A stretch of 55,899 nt of DNA from Candidatus Saccharimonadota bacterium. Lineage in GTDB: Bacteria; Patescibacteriota; Saccharimonadia; Saccharimonadales; OFTM59. The position numbers and the translations under genes are program-made. The notes beneath the pieces were generated by a model. That model made no database searches and had not been told where the DNA came from. It saw nothing but the letters and a program-made list of their open reading frames with translations. The stretch is from contig JAJDCK010000017.1 of assembly GCA_029260855.1 (NCBI GenBank), positions 1 through 55,899 of the forward strand. The letters are read 5' to 3'. Shown in pieces: positions 23,055-33,037 of the stretch. How positions within the stretch are numbered: the stretch's first letter is position 1; the number at the start of each line of letters is the position of its first letter.

Positions 23055-23190
23055 ATAATTACTCCTGATAAATTTATTGTAACGGTGGATAAGCTAATCA
23101 CAAAGAGCGCATGGCTAATTCTAGTTCGTGGTTATGCCCATAATCTCAATAATAGTGTGCTTATATAGATCTCGGGTACAATTAAAATCA

Positions 23191-24447
23191 ATGGTATTCA
23201 CTGCTCAGAAGGTTCTTAAAATTTACGTTACACTGACACTGTTGTCTACGTTTGCGTCCTCGTTTATTTGGGGCATTAACACGCTCTTTTTGTTGGACGC
23301 AGGACTTAGTATCACCCAGGCTTTTGCAGCTAGTGCTTTTTTTACCGCTGGCCAAGTTGTTTTCGAGATACCAACCGGTGTTGTCGCTGACACTCTAGGA
23401 AGACGTACATCATATTTATTAGGCTCGGCTACATTGCTTATTGCAACATTTTTTTACTGGGCGCTCTGGGCAGGTAGTGCCGCCTTTTGGCTTTGGGCGC
23501 TGGCTTCTATGCTATTGGGCCTTGGATTTACGTTTTTCTCGGGCGCTACTGAGGCCTGGCTAGTAGACGCGCTCAAGTTCACTAGATACAAAGGCAGTCT
23601 TGAGGCAGCCTTTGGCAAAGGGCAGGTCGCAACAGGCATAGCAATGCTGAGCGGGACTGTAGCTGGTGGGGTAATCGCACAGTTTACCAATCTTGGCGTG
23701 CCTTATATTTTACGCATCTTTGTGCTTGGCGTAACCTTTTTCATGGCCTTTGTCCTGATGCACGACATTGGTTTCACTCCCCGTGGCAGCAAATCGCCCG
23801 TCAAGGAAATGAAGATTATTATTCAAACCTCGTACGAGCACGGTTTTAAAAGGCCAGCCCTGCGCTGGATTATGTTGGCCGGACCATTTACGTTTGGCGT
23901 TGGTATTTATGCTTTTTATGCCCTGCAGCCGTATCTTCTTGAGCTTTACGGCAACAGCAATTCCTACGCGGTTGCCGGACTAGCGGCAGCTATAATATCC
24001 GCTACTCAGATTTTTGGCGGCATGCTCGCACCTTATTTTCGTCGACTGTTCAAGTTTCGCACCTCAATGCTGATGGCTGGTTCAGCGCTCAGCGCCATGG
24101 CACTCCTTCTAATAGGGCTGCTTCCTATTTTTTGGCTAGTATTGGCAATCTTAATAGTCTGGGGCACTTTGTGGGCGGCCAGTATTCCGGTACAGCAAGC
24201 TTATATTAACGATCTGATCCCCTCAGCACAGCGAGCTACAGTACTTTCCTCTGATAATCTTATCAGCTCATCTGGTGGCGTGATCATACAGCCTAGCCTA
24301 GGCAAGGTCGCACAGCTAGATGGTTATCCCAGCTCGTACATCCTGGCCGGCATTTTGCAGCTAATAGCCGTACCCTTTATTTTGTTGGCCCGCACAAAAA
24401 GGGCCTCTTCCGACCCAATCATGAAGCCCACCCCACCTGCTCATTAG
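23191..24447 (+). CDS. MFS transporter (start probably 23191)
   Basis: 12 TM, FEIPTGVVADTLGRR motif A. Confidence 0.92.
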   Translation: MVFTAQKVLKIYVTLTLLSTFASSFIWGINTLFLLDAGLSITQAFAASAFFTAGQVVFEIPTGVVADTLGRRTSYLLGSATLLIATFFYWALWAGSAAFWLWALASMLLGLGFTFFSGATEAWLVDALKFTRYKGSLEAAFGKGQVATGIAMLSGTVAGGVIAQFTNLGVPYILRIFVLGVTFFMAFVLMHDIGFTPRGSKSPVKEMKIIIQTSYEHGFKRPALRWIMLAGPFTFGVGIYAFYALQPYLLELYGNSNSYAVAGLAAAIISATQIFGGMLAPYFRRLFKFRTSMLMAGSALSAMALLLIGLLPIFWLVLAILIVWGTLWAASIPVQQAYINDLIPSAQRATVLSSDNLISSSGGVIIQPSLGKVAQLDGYPSSYILAGILQLIAVPFILLARTKRASSDPIMKPTPPAH

Positions 24448-24486
24448 TTGATACCGAGTGTGCTAAAGTGGTTATAGAAAGACATA

Positions 24487-25311
24487 ATGAAATCAAACGA
24501 TGACTATTTCTTTGGTGGACCGCTAGAAGTCCCCGGCGAACCCCTGAAAGGCTCCGCCCCATCTCAGCGCCCGACTAACAAGAGACCGCGTTTTCCTTAT
24601 AAAAGAACTGTATTATCACTAGTCTTTATATTAACACTGGCTGGAACTGCATATGGCGGCTGGAAATTATTTTCTAAAAACAAAGCCGCACCAGCTGCAC
24701 AGGAGTCAAACACCCAAAGACAAACCGCCCCAAACGAGTCTGGCGCCGGCCAGACCACCAGCGATATTCCTGAAGCAAAAGAAACCAAAACCTTTAAAGC
24801 GGATCATCCGCGCATTTCTTTTACATATCCTAGTAATTGGACTGTGACAGAAAATGACGATGGCGTGCGCATTGAGTCGCCGAGCTTCAAATACCTAACT
24901 ACGGATATAGGCGAAGTTACTGGTAATTTCCGGGTTTATATCCGCCAACAAGCCCGAACCTCAGATAGCAAATACATAGGCGACGGAGTTGCGATTAAGC
25001 CTTCAGAGAAGTTAATTTACAGTAATCCTGCTGTTGGTCAACTACCAGAAACAAACTTGATTCATTTCGGCCTAAAAGATACGAGTCATTTTGCATATTT
25101 CTTTATCGCAGGTAATTATTCTTTGCAGCAAAACGATACGCTCGGCCCGGATTATGGCAAAGAGCCGGAGACATACATTATTACTGGCGGCTATTCTTCG
25201 TCCGATTTAACCGATGACATGGCCACACATAAAGTCCCGCTTGATTATTACATCGAAACTAGCGCCTACAAACAAGCTGTAGAAATCTTGAAATCACTTC
25301 AGCTACTTTAA
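24487..25311 (+). CDS. Single-pass membrane protein with PsbP-like extracellular domain
   Basis: TM then ISFTYPSNWTV; ends ILKSLQL. Confidence 0.6.
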   Translation: MKSNDDYFFGGPLEVPGEPLKGSAPSQRPTNKRPRFPYKRTVLSLVFILTLAGTAYGGWKLFSKNKAAPAAQESNTQRQTAPNESGAGQTTSDIPEAKETKTFKADHPRISFTYPSNWTVTENDDGVRIESPSFKYLTTDIGEVTGNFRVYIRQQARTSDSKYIGDGVAIKPSEKLIYSNPAVGQLPETNLIHFGLKDTSHFAYFFIAGNYSLQQNDTLGPDYGKEPETYIITGGYSSSDLTDDMATHKVPLDYYIETSAYKQAVEILKSLQLL

Positions 25312-25318
25312 GAGTTTA

Positions 25319-26107
25319 CTAATAATTATTCTGCTTGTTGCCCTGAAAATCTGCCGGCTCCAGGTCCATAACTTCAGCCAACAGCTCACGAGCCACCGCC
25401 AGAGCATCCGTTCTGTCTCTAATATCCATATAAACCCCTAACGGAATTATATCTGTGGGCTTTACTACAGGTACGTCATCAGGGGGTAGCTTCATAACTG
25501 GAGTGAAGGGTTGAAAATTTTTTGAAAGCATATAGCCGCCCTCTCCATCCGCCAAAAATATGACTGACTTTGATTTGCGCAGGTCTTCTTCTTCGGGTAT
25601 AAACGCATCAACGAAATGCTGGCAATCGCCACTCTCGTCTACCGCCACATCCTGCGTAATCCACGCATATTCTTCCTTGCTGTCTGTCGCTTTTTTAGCT
25701 TTTTCATTTTTCCCATCTTCACCTTTTTCATCTTTTATAAATGGCAGCAGTTCGTTAACAAATATGCGTATGTGGGGCACGTCCGTGCCTGATCCGGGCC
25801 AAGTTGGTGTCGATGATGGCTCGCACAAAATAAGCACGTTTCTAAATAATTTGGTGTTGTGTACAGCCGTATCTCCAGTAACTTCAGAATCAAAATCGGT
25901 ATGGAACATGGCCCAGCCTTGGCTATTTTCTAATGCGCCGTGGCGGAGTAATTTTGTCATGATATCAGATCGGAATTCAGTAATGTCGCGCTCAAACTGT
26001 CGCTCTAGCTGTGCTTCAATCAATTTACGGTTTTCTGCCTCAAGAATACGAAGCTCACCATACTCTACATAGTCTGGATGATTTGGTGGGAAGGCGCTAT
26101 AAGTCAT
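25319..26107 (-). CDS. Hypothetical acidic protein
   Basis: 262 aa ORF, no recognised motif. Confidence 0.6.
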   Translation of the reverse strand: MTYSAFPPNHPDYVEYGELRILEAENRKLIEAQLERQFERDITEFRSDIMTKLLRHGALENSQGWAMFHTDFDSEVTGDTAVHNTKLFRNVLILCEPSSTPTWPGSGTDVPHIRIFVNELLPFIKDEKGEDGKNEKAKKATDSKEEYAWITQDVAVDESGDCQHFVDAFIPEEEDLRKSKSVIFLADGEGGYMLSKNFQPFTPVMKLPPDDVPVVKPTDIIPLGVYMDIRDRTDALAVARELLAEVMDLEPADFQGNKQNNY

Positions 26108-26454
26108 ATTATGATAAATCCCGATTTAACCTTAGTGTAACCACGTCTCCTTGCTAAAGCAACTTATTTATTGTGTGGTCTTTTCAAAAAAACATGGGTA
26201 GTATAATGTAGCCATTAGCACTAAAACGAAAAGGGGTAATCCATTGAAAAGTCCTAAATCTAACGGACAGATATCAACTAGTTATGCACGTGAGGTACAC
26301 ACAGACTAACCTCCTTTGAACTGTTAAGAGACAGAATCACCTTGACGCCGACACCATGTCCGGTGGTTTTCTTTACTCATAAATCTTTAGCCAAAAAAAA
26401 TATCGGGAGGTATGGCGGAAATCTATTAGCACGAATGGTTAACTAATATTTATT

Positions 26455-26664
26455 ATGGCCGGCATGGATATGAGCAAAGTATTTTTACTGTTAGGGGTTT
26501 TATTTATTATGATGGGCATAGGTTGGTCGCTAGGGCTTGGGCGTTTACCCGGTGATGTTGTGGTGCGGCGCGGTAACCTTACCTTCGCATTCCCGATTGT
26601 CACCTCAATTATCCTCAGCATTATTCTAACTTTTTTAATTAATCTCTTTTTTAGCCGAGACTAA
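26455..26664 (+). CDS. DUF2905 small membrane protein
   Basis: LGRLPGDVVV...FPIVTSIILSIILT. Confidence 0.88.
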   Translation: MAGMDMSKVFLLLGVLFIMMGIGWSLGLGRLPGDVVVRRGNLTFAFPIVTSIILSIILTFLINLFFSRD

Positions 26665-26695
26665 TTCGCTGACAAGACATAATTTAAAATGATCA

Positions 26696-26727
26696 AATAA
26701 AAATACAGCCCTTTAAAGGACTGTATT
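26696..26727 (-). terminator. Intrinsic terminator
   Basis: Minus strand AATACAGTCC-TTTAAA-GGGCTGTATT followed by T-rich tail. Confidence 0.7.
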
Positions 26728-26882
26728 GGTAAACAAACGGTGTTTTTTGTACTATTTACGACCCGGGCTTCATTGTGCCAATAACTGGGTTTGTAAACGC
26801 CCCGTATTAGATAGGGGAACTTATTACTGCTTTTTCAAAGATTTTTGATGTCTAGAACAAGAGAATACGTTTATTAAGCTTA

Positions 26883-26911
26883 ATACTAGCACACATTTCA
26901 TATTTTGTCAA
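26883..26911 (-). promoter_or_regulatory. Sigma70-type promoter with no downstream protein gene
   Basis: TTGACA-17 nt-TAGTAT with extended TG. Confidence 0.65.
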
Positions 26912-26984
26912 GCACTTTTGTGTATTTGTGACCTTTTTGTGCATAATCTCGTGATAGCCATAAGTCAGATTAACACCTTAAAGC

Positions 26985-27012
26985 TTGACATTATTATATA
27001 TGCCTGTACGAT
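26985..27012 (+). promoter_or_regulatory. Sigma70-type promoter for the LysM-CHAP gene
   Basis: TTGACA-16 nt-TACGAT. Confidence 0.55.
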
Positions 27013-27279
27013 AGGTTCTTGTATCTTTTCATATGAGGTGGAGGGGTACAAATGCAGGACAAACAGTAAATCTATCCTGTTCATCAAAACGACAATCACG
27101 CAAAGTAAAAGCGCTCTTCGCGCATAACATCAGGTGGCGACAGCTAATTGTACATATATCAGTACAGTAGCGTATAGCCCTGGTGTGCAATGTGTCTGGC
27201 AAAAAGCAGCACGCAGAGGTGCGCGCCATGCTATGCGGTGATGTGGTGTCAGTTTGTAACTTTAGGAGGAACTTATAAA

Positions 27280-28041
27280 ATGCGTAAAACCGCGTTAGCG
27301 GGCTTGCTTGTTATGACAATCTTGTTCATGAGCAGCTCTAAAGCCAGCGCAGACACGCTCGGACTTATACAATCAGATAATCGGCCCGGAGCTGACCTAA
27401 CCCGACTGGCTGCCTTGGCGCCGTTGACACAAATCAACACCGCAGCCATCGAGCCAGAGCTAGAAGGACTAGAGCCTGTCAAATACAAGGTGGTAGCCCA
27501 GGATTCTTTGAGCAAAATAGCCGAAACATATAACACAACGTGGCAGCGTTTGTTTAACAAAAATACCGCCCTTGCCCACCCGGACCTTATCAAACCTGGC
27601 GATGAGTTAGTCATCCCTAGTCCTGACGAGACACTTGAGGAAAGAAATATTCCCGAAGCAGTAAGGGGACCTGCTGCTATCAAACAAACAACCACGAATA
27701 GCCAAACACGCACCGGATATGAACAGACCAGCAAGACGCTTAGGGGATATTCCAGTAATGGCTACATATCCGGCTACTGCACGTGGTATGCCAAAAATCG
27801 CCGGCCTGACTTGCCTAATAGTCTTGGCAACGCCAACACCTGGGTCTCAAGGGCTCAAGCCCAAGGTATCCCAACAGGCTCTACACCACGCGTCGGGGCT
27901 ATCGGCCAGCAAGGCATGCATGTTGTCTATGTAGAAGCGGTTAGCGGTGAGACTGTTACGGTTAGCGAAATGAACTTTCGCGGCCGAGGAGTTATTTCAT
28001 CACGAACGGTACCGGCGAGCTACTTCCGGTATATCTACTAG
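27280..28041 (+). CDS. Secreted LysM + CHAP peptidoglycan hydrolase (start corrected)
   Basis: AGGAGG SD before ATG 27280; signal peptide; YKVVAQDSLSKIA LysM; GYCTWY, GNANTW, HVVYVE, VSEMN CHAP motifs. Confidence 0.92.
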   Translation: MRKTALAGLLVMTILFMSSSKASADTLGLIQSDNRPGADLTRLAALAPLTQINTAAIEPELEGLEPVKYKVVAQDSLSKIAETYNTTWQRLFNKNTALAHPDLIKPGDELVIPSPDETLEERNIPEAVRGPAAIKQTTTNSQTRTGYEQTSKTLRGYSSNGYISGYCTWYAKNRRPDLPNSLGNANTWVSRAQAQGIPTGSTPRVGAIGQQGMHVVYVEAVSGETVTVSEMNFRGRGVISSRTVPASYFRYIY

Positions 28042-28052
28042 ATACGTTTTAA

Positions 28053-29357
28053 CTAGTAGAGCTTGAACTCTTCGGCATAGACAGCGCCCCGCTTGACGCC
28101 AACCTTTTTCAGGTCTTGTTTCATACTAACTAGCATCTGTGGTGGGCCGCATATGAAGTATGTATGGTCAGCGCCCGCCTTTAGTTCGGCTATATCCCTA
28201 ACCGCGAACTTTCCCTCTGTGTTGCTTTCCCAAAGCCGCAGCGTAAAACCATCTATTTTATTAGCTGTAGTTCTTAGTTCATCTGCAAACAAAGCGTCTT
28301 TTTTGTCCCGCACCGCGTAGTACAAGGTGATCTTTTCCGACCCGCTGACCTCAAGTTCCCTAACACGGCTCATAAAAGGTGTTATACCTATGCCGCCAGC
28401 TACCCATACTTGGCTATCGCCGCCGTTCGCAAATATAAATCGCCCGTACGGCCCTTCTATGTCAACCGTAGAACCAGTCATAAGTGATTTCAATGTCTTT
28501 GTGTAATCACCTAAAGGTTTTGCAGTAAATGAAATATTTGCCGCAGCTGGTGGGCTAGTGAAAGAAAAAGGGTGTGGTTCACGCGTAATGCCTGCAGAGT
28601 CGTGAACCCGGACGAACAAAAACTGCCCAGCCTGATAGTTGACGGGCTTTTTAATTGGAGCCAGCGTAACTTCCGTGCCGTTATCGTCATGGACGTTCAC
28701 GCTCTGAACCTTGTAAGGCGATCGTCGCACTAGCCACCTGCCAAACAATACCCTATACGCAAACGCCACTAGGCCCAAAACAATAATTAATACCATGTAT
28801 ACTCGTAGCTCTGGCGCTGATGACAAATGCCCCGGTATTAAATACACATGAAGGCTTGCAAACAACAGCGACAACCCCAGCCATTGGTGCGTAGATTTCC
28901 ATTTGTGGTATGCGATCCGTATAAAGAAAGTTATAAAAAGCAGTACAGCTAACGTACCAAGCGCTAGAACGCCAAGCAGTTTTGGTATGTCGCTTAAGCT
29001 GGGCACAAAGAAGTTGGCAGCAAACGACAGTGAGCTTGACAGATATTGCAGCCCCAGGAACAAAGGGTGTGTTAGCAACAATATTAAGGTCAGTCCTCCG
29101 AATATGTGATGTACGACATACACCCTAGGTAGCCCACTCATCAAATCCTCCAGCCACCGCAGGCGAGCGGCTAATACAAAATTAAGCGAAAACATACTTG
29201 CGCCCAGCAGCCCGCTGACCTGGCCGATTGACCTTAGTACGCTTGCACTATCGGCCCAGGCGGTGGACCCGACAGACGCCTGCCACAGCACAACCGGTAC
29301 AGCTAGATAGGCAGCGAGCATTAAATACGCAGCTATGTCTTTACAGAGTTTGCTCAT
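28053..29357 (-). CDS. Ferric-reductase-like transmembrane oxidoreductase with FAD/NAD domains
   Basis: TM region with heme-ligand His; HPFSFTS, EGPYG, AGGIGITPF, ICGPP, EEF. Confidence 0.9.
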   Translation of the reverse strand: MSKLCKDIAAYLMLAAYLAVPVVLWQASVGSTAWADSASVLRSIGQVSGLLGASMFSLNFVLAARLRWLEDLMSGLPRVYVVHHIFGGLTLILLLTHPLFLGLQYLSSSLSFAANFFVPSLSDIPKLLGVLALGTLAVLLFITFFIRIAYHKWKSTHQWLGLSLLFASLHVYLIPGHLSSAPELRVYMVLIIVLGLVAFAYRVLFGRWLVRRSPYKVQSVNVHDDNGTEVTLAPIKKPVNYQAGQFLFVRVHDSAGITREPHPFSFTSPPAAANISFTAKPLGDYTKTLKSLMTGSTVDIEGPYGRFIFANGGDSQVWVAGGIGITPFMSRVRELEVSGSEKITLYYAVRDKKDALFADELRTTANKIDGFTLRLWESNTEGKFAVRDIAELKAGADHTYFICGPPQMLVSMKQDLKKVGVKRGAVYAEEFKLY

Positions 29358-29564
29358 TAGTTACTATTCTATCTTATCGCTGCCTAATTGCTTACAGACA
29401 AAGATTGCGCGGCACGGGTGCTTACGTCTATGCTATTAATATGAAAATCAAGACTGCCGTTGCCGCCGCATTAGCTGTATTTGCAATTACTGTTACCAGT
29501 ATCTTTATAGTCAACTGGGTAAATTAGAGCTCGTGCATGCAACCATAAACCAGTTTTCTATGCG

Positions 29565-30056
29565 TTAGATGCTAGGTTTAAATTTTCCTGCCAAAACGTT
29601 TGGGACAAGCACATCTCGCACATCGGTTAGTAGACCAGCCACCTCGTCCAGGTCAAGTACCTGGCTGTTGTAACTAGTTGTGTTTATCACGCCATTAGGT
29701 CCTACTTGGAATCCTAAATCAACTTCATATGCAACGTCACCCTCTAAAGGGTTGTCCGCACTTTGCATAAGTAATATATTTATTGGATTTATTAGTGCCC
29801 TACCGTGGCGGTTCTTCTCCACAATAGTAGTTTCCGTAGCCGAATCACTGAGAGACACAACCCATCCATCTTTTAGATGAATTTCATCAATAGTTCGTGG
29901 TGTTGTGCCGTCTAGCTCGGATGTGTCAAAACTCCCATGACTTTGCATAATATCTGCAAGCAAACTATGTAATTGGCGGCAAAGCTCAAACTCACGATCT
30001 ATTATTTCTGCTGTTTCTCTCAAGAAGCCTTCCCTCATGAATAGTATTAATGACAT
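29565..30056 (-). CDS. Hypothetical protein
   Basis: 163 aa ORF. Confidence 0.55.
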   Translation of the reverse strand: MSLILFMREGFLRETAEIIDREFELCRQLHSLLADIMQSHGSFDTSELDGTTPRTIDEIHLKDGWVVSLSDSATETTIVEKNRHGRALINPINILLMQSADNPLEGDVAYEVDLGFQVGPNGVINTTSYNSQVLDLDEVAGLLTDVRDVLVPNVLAGKFKPSI

Positions 30057-30159
30057 ACCGCGTTACTAATTGCAAGCATGAGCAAAAAGCTATTTTTAAT
30101 AATAGCCTTGGTGGGTCAAAGTATTCTTATACTTTACAATTTATAAATATATAGTATAC

Positions 30160-30801
30160 GTGCTTATTATGAGCGCAGACAGTCCTGCAGAAATGTGTCG
30201 AACGCTGGCGCCAGAGTCGCAATTCAACAATTCATCTTTGGCTCGCGTATCTTTAATTCGTCGCGTGTCAGCACGATGTATTGGCCAAGCCTATCAAGAG
30301 GTAGAACTACTAAAGCCGCACCCTGCAGTAGAAATTCGCACACCACAGCAGCCTCGCAGAAACCCAGCCTTAAAAGTACTACACGCCAAGGATTTGAAGG
30401 CTTTTAGAAAATTGCCTCTCATTAGCTCAAATTACTTTATGAATCGCGTCAGAGAAGAAGTACCTTCAGCAGCTATATCTAGCGAATTCACCGTTCATGA
30501 CGTCAGTGTTATGAGCATAAGAGACGGTGCCCATTTTGTTATGCTTGATCCCACTAAAGAATCTTTTGCAACAAGAGATGATGAACGTTGTCGGCTACGT
30601 CGAGTGGCCGTAAAGGTATTAGACGAACAGCCCGGTAGCGAGGGGCTCAAGCTAGATTGGATATGTCCTGTTAATGGTATAGATATTACAGCCGCCTATG
30701 TGCCAGCTGGTTTACCTGCTTCAGTCCTAGACCAAACAGTAGAGCTGATTGCCTGCTACACCCCTCGTAACATACAACTAGACCCGCTCACCAAGGTATA
30801 A
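30160..30801 (+). CDS. Hypothetical protein
   Basis: 213 aa ORF. Confidence 0.55.
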   Translation: MLIMSADSPAEMCRTLAPESQFNNSSLARVSLIRRVSARCIGQAYQEVELLKPHPAVEIRTPQQPRRNPALKVLHAKDLKAFRKLPLISSNYFMNRVREEVPSAAISSEFTVHDVSVMSIRDGAHFVMLDPTKESFATRDDERCRLRRVAVKVLDEQPGSEGLKLDWICPVNGIDITAAYVPAGLPASVLDQTVELIACYTPRNIQLDPLTKV

Positions 30802-30847
30802 CTAGCCTGTCATTATCCTGATAAGAACGCACACCCTAAACTCTAAA

Positions 30848-31144
30848 CTACCACGTTACACCCGAGAAAACCATGTAGCTTATTGCTACTGCCCCAAGAG
30901 TGCGGCGGAAGGGGCTCGCGCCTTGGATTATTTCTAGCCAAGCCCAGGTAAAAAGTAACCCGAACGATATTAATTCTACCGAACTATTCAGCTGACCGGC
31001 TGGCAAGATTTTTGTTAGCAGCATGCTGGCAATCCACACCCATAGCGGCAGATTAGGCCGCTGCCAAATAATCACATTGCCGTGCTTGTCTTTTATAAAA
31101 CGTCCGAGCACTTCAGCACTTATATTCTGATCAAAAATCTTCAT
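30848..31144 (-). CDS. Small membrane protein
   Basis: IIWQRPNLPL, WAWLEIIQGASPFRRTLG. Confidence 0.75.
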   Translation of the reverse strand: MKIFDQNISAEVLGRFIKDKHGNVIIWQRPNLPLWVWIASMLLTKILPAGQLNSSVELISFGLLFTWAWLEIIQGASPFRRTLGAVAISYMVFSGVTW

Positions 31145-31412
31145 CAGGATTGTCGCGGTCTGACTTGCCCCAACGCCATTTTAGAGTCGGGCCATGTTTG
31201 TAGCTGACAATAATAAGTGCAGACGTGGCAATTAGTACAACCAGCAAATAAATACTGGCTTCGGCCGAAAAGTCGTCTTCCGGCATATCTCTAATAGACA
31301 GCAGGCCACCGAAAATAACCAACAGATATATTCCAATGCTCGCCCAGCCCTGCCAAGTGACAGGCACAAAGCCGTAACCATAACGTTTTCTCTTAAACCA
31401 ATAATTATTCAT
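31131..31412 (-). CDS. Small membrane protein
   Basis: WFKRKRYGYGFVPVTWQGW, 2 TM, KWRWGK. Confidence 0.8.
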   Translation of the reverse strand: MNNYWFKRKRYGYGFVPVTWQGWASIGIYLLVIFGGLLSIRDMPEDDFSAEASIYLLVVLIATSALIIVSYKHGPTLKWRWGKSDRDNPDEDF

Positions 31413-31499
31413 AGATTCAGTTTAACAGAATTTGGGGCGCCTTTTTGGCTACCGAAAACACCATTCTTAACCAAGAGAAATACAGGGTCATATTTTGTC

Positions 31500-31745
31500 T
31501 TAATTTAGATTGTGGCGATCCGATTTGCCCCAACCCCATTTTGAAATTGGACCATATACGCTTATAAGCTTACCGATATGTCGTGCAAACATAATATTTA
31601 CATAAATGGTAAGAATAATATACACAATAGCTTTAGCTAATGAGCCACCTTCGTAGGCGTCCTTGACTGAGAGTACTGAAGCATACACAAGCATTAAACA
31701 GCCCATTATGGCTAAAACGAACTGGTGGCGATGATAGGCTGTCAT
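31500..31745 (-). CDS. Small membrane protein sharing its C-terminus with 31131..31412
   Basis: 2 TM, ends YGPISKWGWGKSDRHNLN. Confidence 0.5.
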   Translation of the reverse strand: MTAYHRHQFVLAIMGCLMLVYASVLSVKDAYEGGSLAKAIVYIILTIYVNIMFARHIGKLISVYGPISKWGWGKSDRHNLN

Positions 31746-32081
31746 AGGCCTTTTACTGCACGTTTTCTAGCAGATGTTAGCTTACGCTTTCCTTTTGAGA
31801 CTGGCGAATACTTTTGCTTTAGTGCGCGTTTCACAGAACCTTTGCTGAATATTTAAATAAACCCATATTTATCTCTCTTTCCCGCTAATGCTACCATTTT
31901 TAAATTAATTTTTGAATCAAGTTATTCGCATTCAAAGCCATAATTGCCTCTGTCTAGGCGTGAACCGTAAACCGGGCTAGCCACAGCATATTGGGTCAGC
32001 GCCAGTCTAGCTGCGCTGCAGTTAGCGTAGTGAGTGCTATTTGAAGAGGTCGAAATTGCTCATCGGAACAAAAAAGCCGTA

Positions 32082-32969
32082 TTACATATCAAGCGAAGAT
32101 AGGTCAATTTTGCATTTTAGTGCTGTCGCTACTAGCTGTCTGGTCATCATTGCTATGTCTGCCGCCCGTGGCGCAAGAGATGTTTCAGCATTCGCCCTAT
32201 GCGACGGTATAAACAACCTCGGGGTATTGACTGAGGTCTTGGTGTAGCTAGGGGTACCATCCTGAGCTCGTCTATAACGATGGGTTTGATCGTCGTCTAG
32301 ATCAATATAATCTACGCTTAGAAGCGGAACACTAGAAATTCTTGGGCCACTATTAGAAAATCTATAATCTCCAATTACCAGTTGATGTGTATGGTCCAAA
32401 TCTTTTGCAAACACCCGTATCTCCTGCTGCACTGTTTTATCCGGGTCTACTATCTCACGGACCATATCACCAACAGCACGGCTTGGCGCTGAAACACCGA
32501 GTGACGGAATAGTGGCTTTTTCTTCGTCACTTATCTCTATATTGCGTGCCTGGCAGTAAGCAATGTAGCCCATGTGCGCAATAAGTGTTGCCTGACGAGG
32601 ATCAACTTCACTTAAAGCGACTAGTTCACGTGCAATTGATTCAGATTCTAGGAGAGCGGTTTGGCTAGAGTTAGCATAAAAAATAAAGTTGTTGTTACGG
32701 CCCACTATTAGCTTAGCTCTGGTGTTATGCGGAGATAAGGGCCGCAAAAGTTCTATTGCTGCATGCATACCTTCCGGCTCGTTTTCATATCTGAAGGTGC
32801 TGAACACAGCCATAGCACTGTTATCGGGAGCTGCTAAACCCCATTGTGATTGTTGTTTCCGCGGAATAGGTTCTAGTAAGGCTGCTGCGATGCCTTCCAT
32901 TGTTCTTAATTCTATGTCTTCTGCAACCGGCCCATAAACTATAGCTGCAATGTCTATTTCACTACTCAT
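32082..32969 (-). CDS. Hypothetical protein (paralog A)
   Basis: 295 aa; shares QTAL/HM/AVGD.V..V motifs with the neighbour. Confidence 0.65.
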   Translation of the reverse strand: MSSEIDIAAIVYGPVAEDIELRTMEGIAAALLEPIPRKQQSQWGLAAPDNSAMAVFSTFRYENEPEGMHAAIELLRPLSPHNTRAKLIVGRNNNFIFYANSSQTALLESESIARELVALSEVDPRQATLIAHMGYIAYCQARNIEISDEEKATIPSLGVSAPSRAVGDMVREIVDPDKTVQQEIRVFAKDLDHTHQLVIGDYRFSNSGPRISSVPLLSVDYIDLDDDQTHRYRRAQDGTPSYTKTSVNTPRLFIPSHRANAETSLAPRAADIAMMTRQLVATALKCKIDLSSLDM

Positions 32970-33037
32970 GATAGAAGATTGTAACAGTGTTATTTTCTAT
33001 AACCATGAGCTCTAAGTGGCTTGTATGGTGCAGATGC

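Noticed and set aside
27013-27279. c-di-AMP (ydaO) riboswitch call
   Set aside because: Context fits but the consensus segments were not recognisable; kept only as an unknown leader.
29441-29527. 28-aa hydrophobic ORF divergent from the ferric-reductase-like gene
   Set aside because: Could be a signal-peptide remnant, but too short and unsupported to call.
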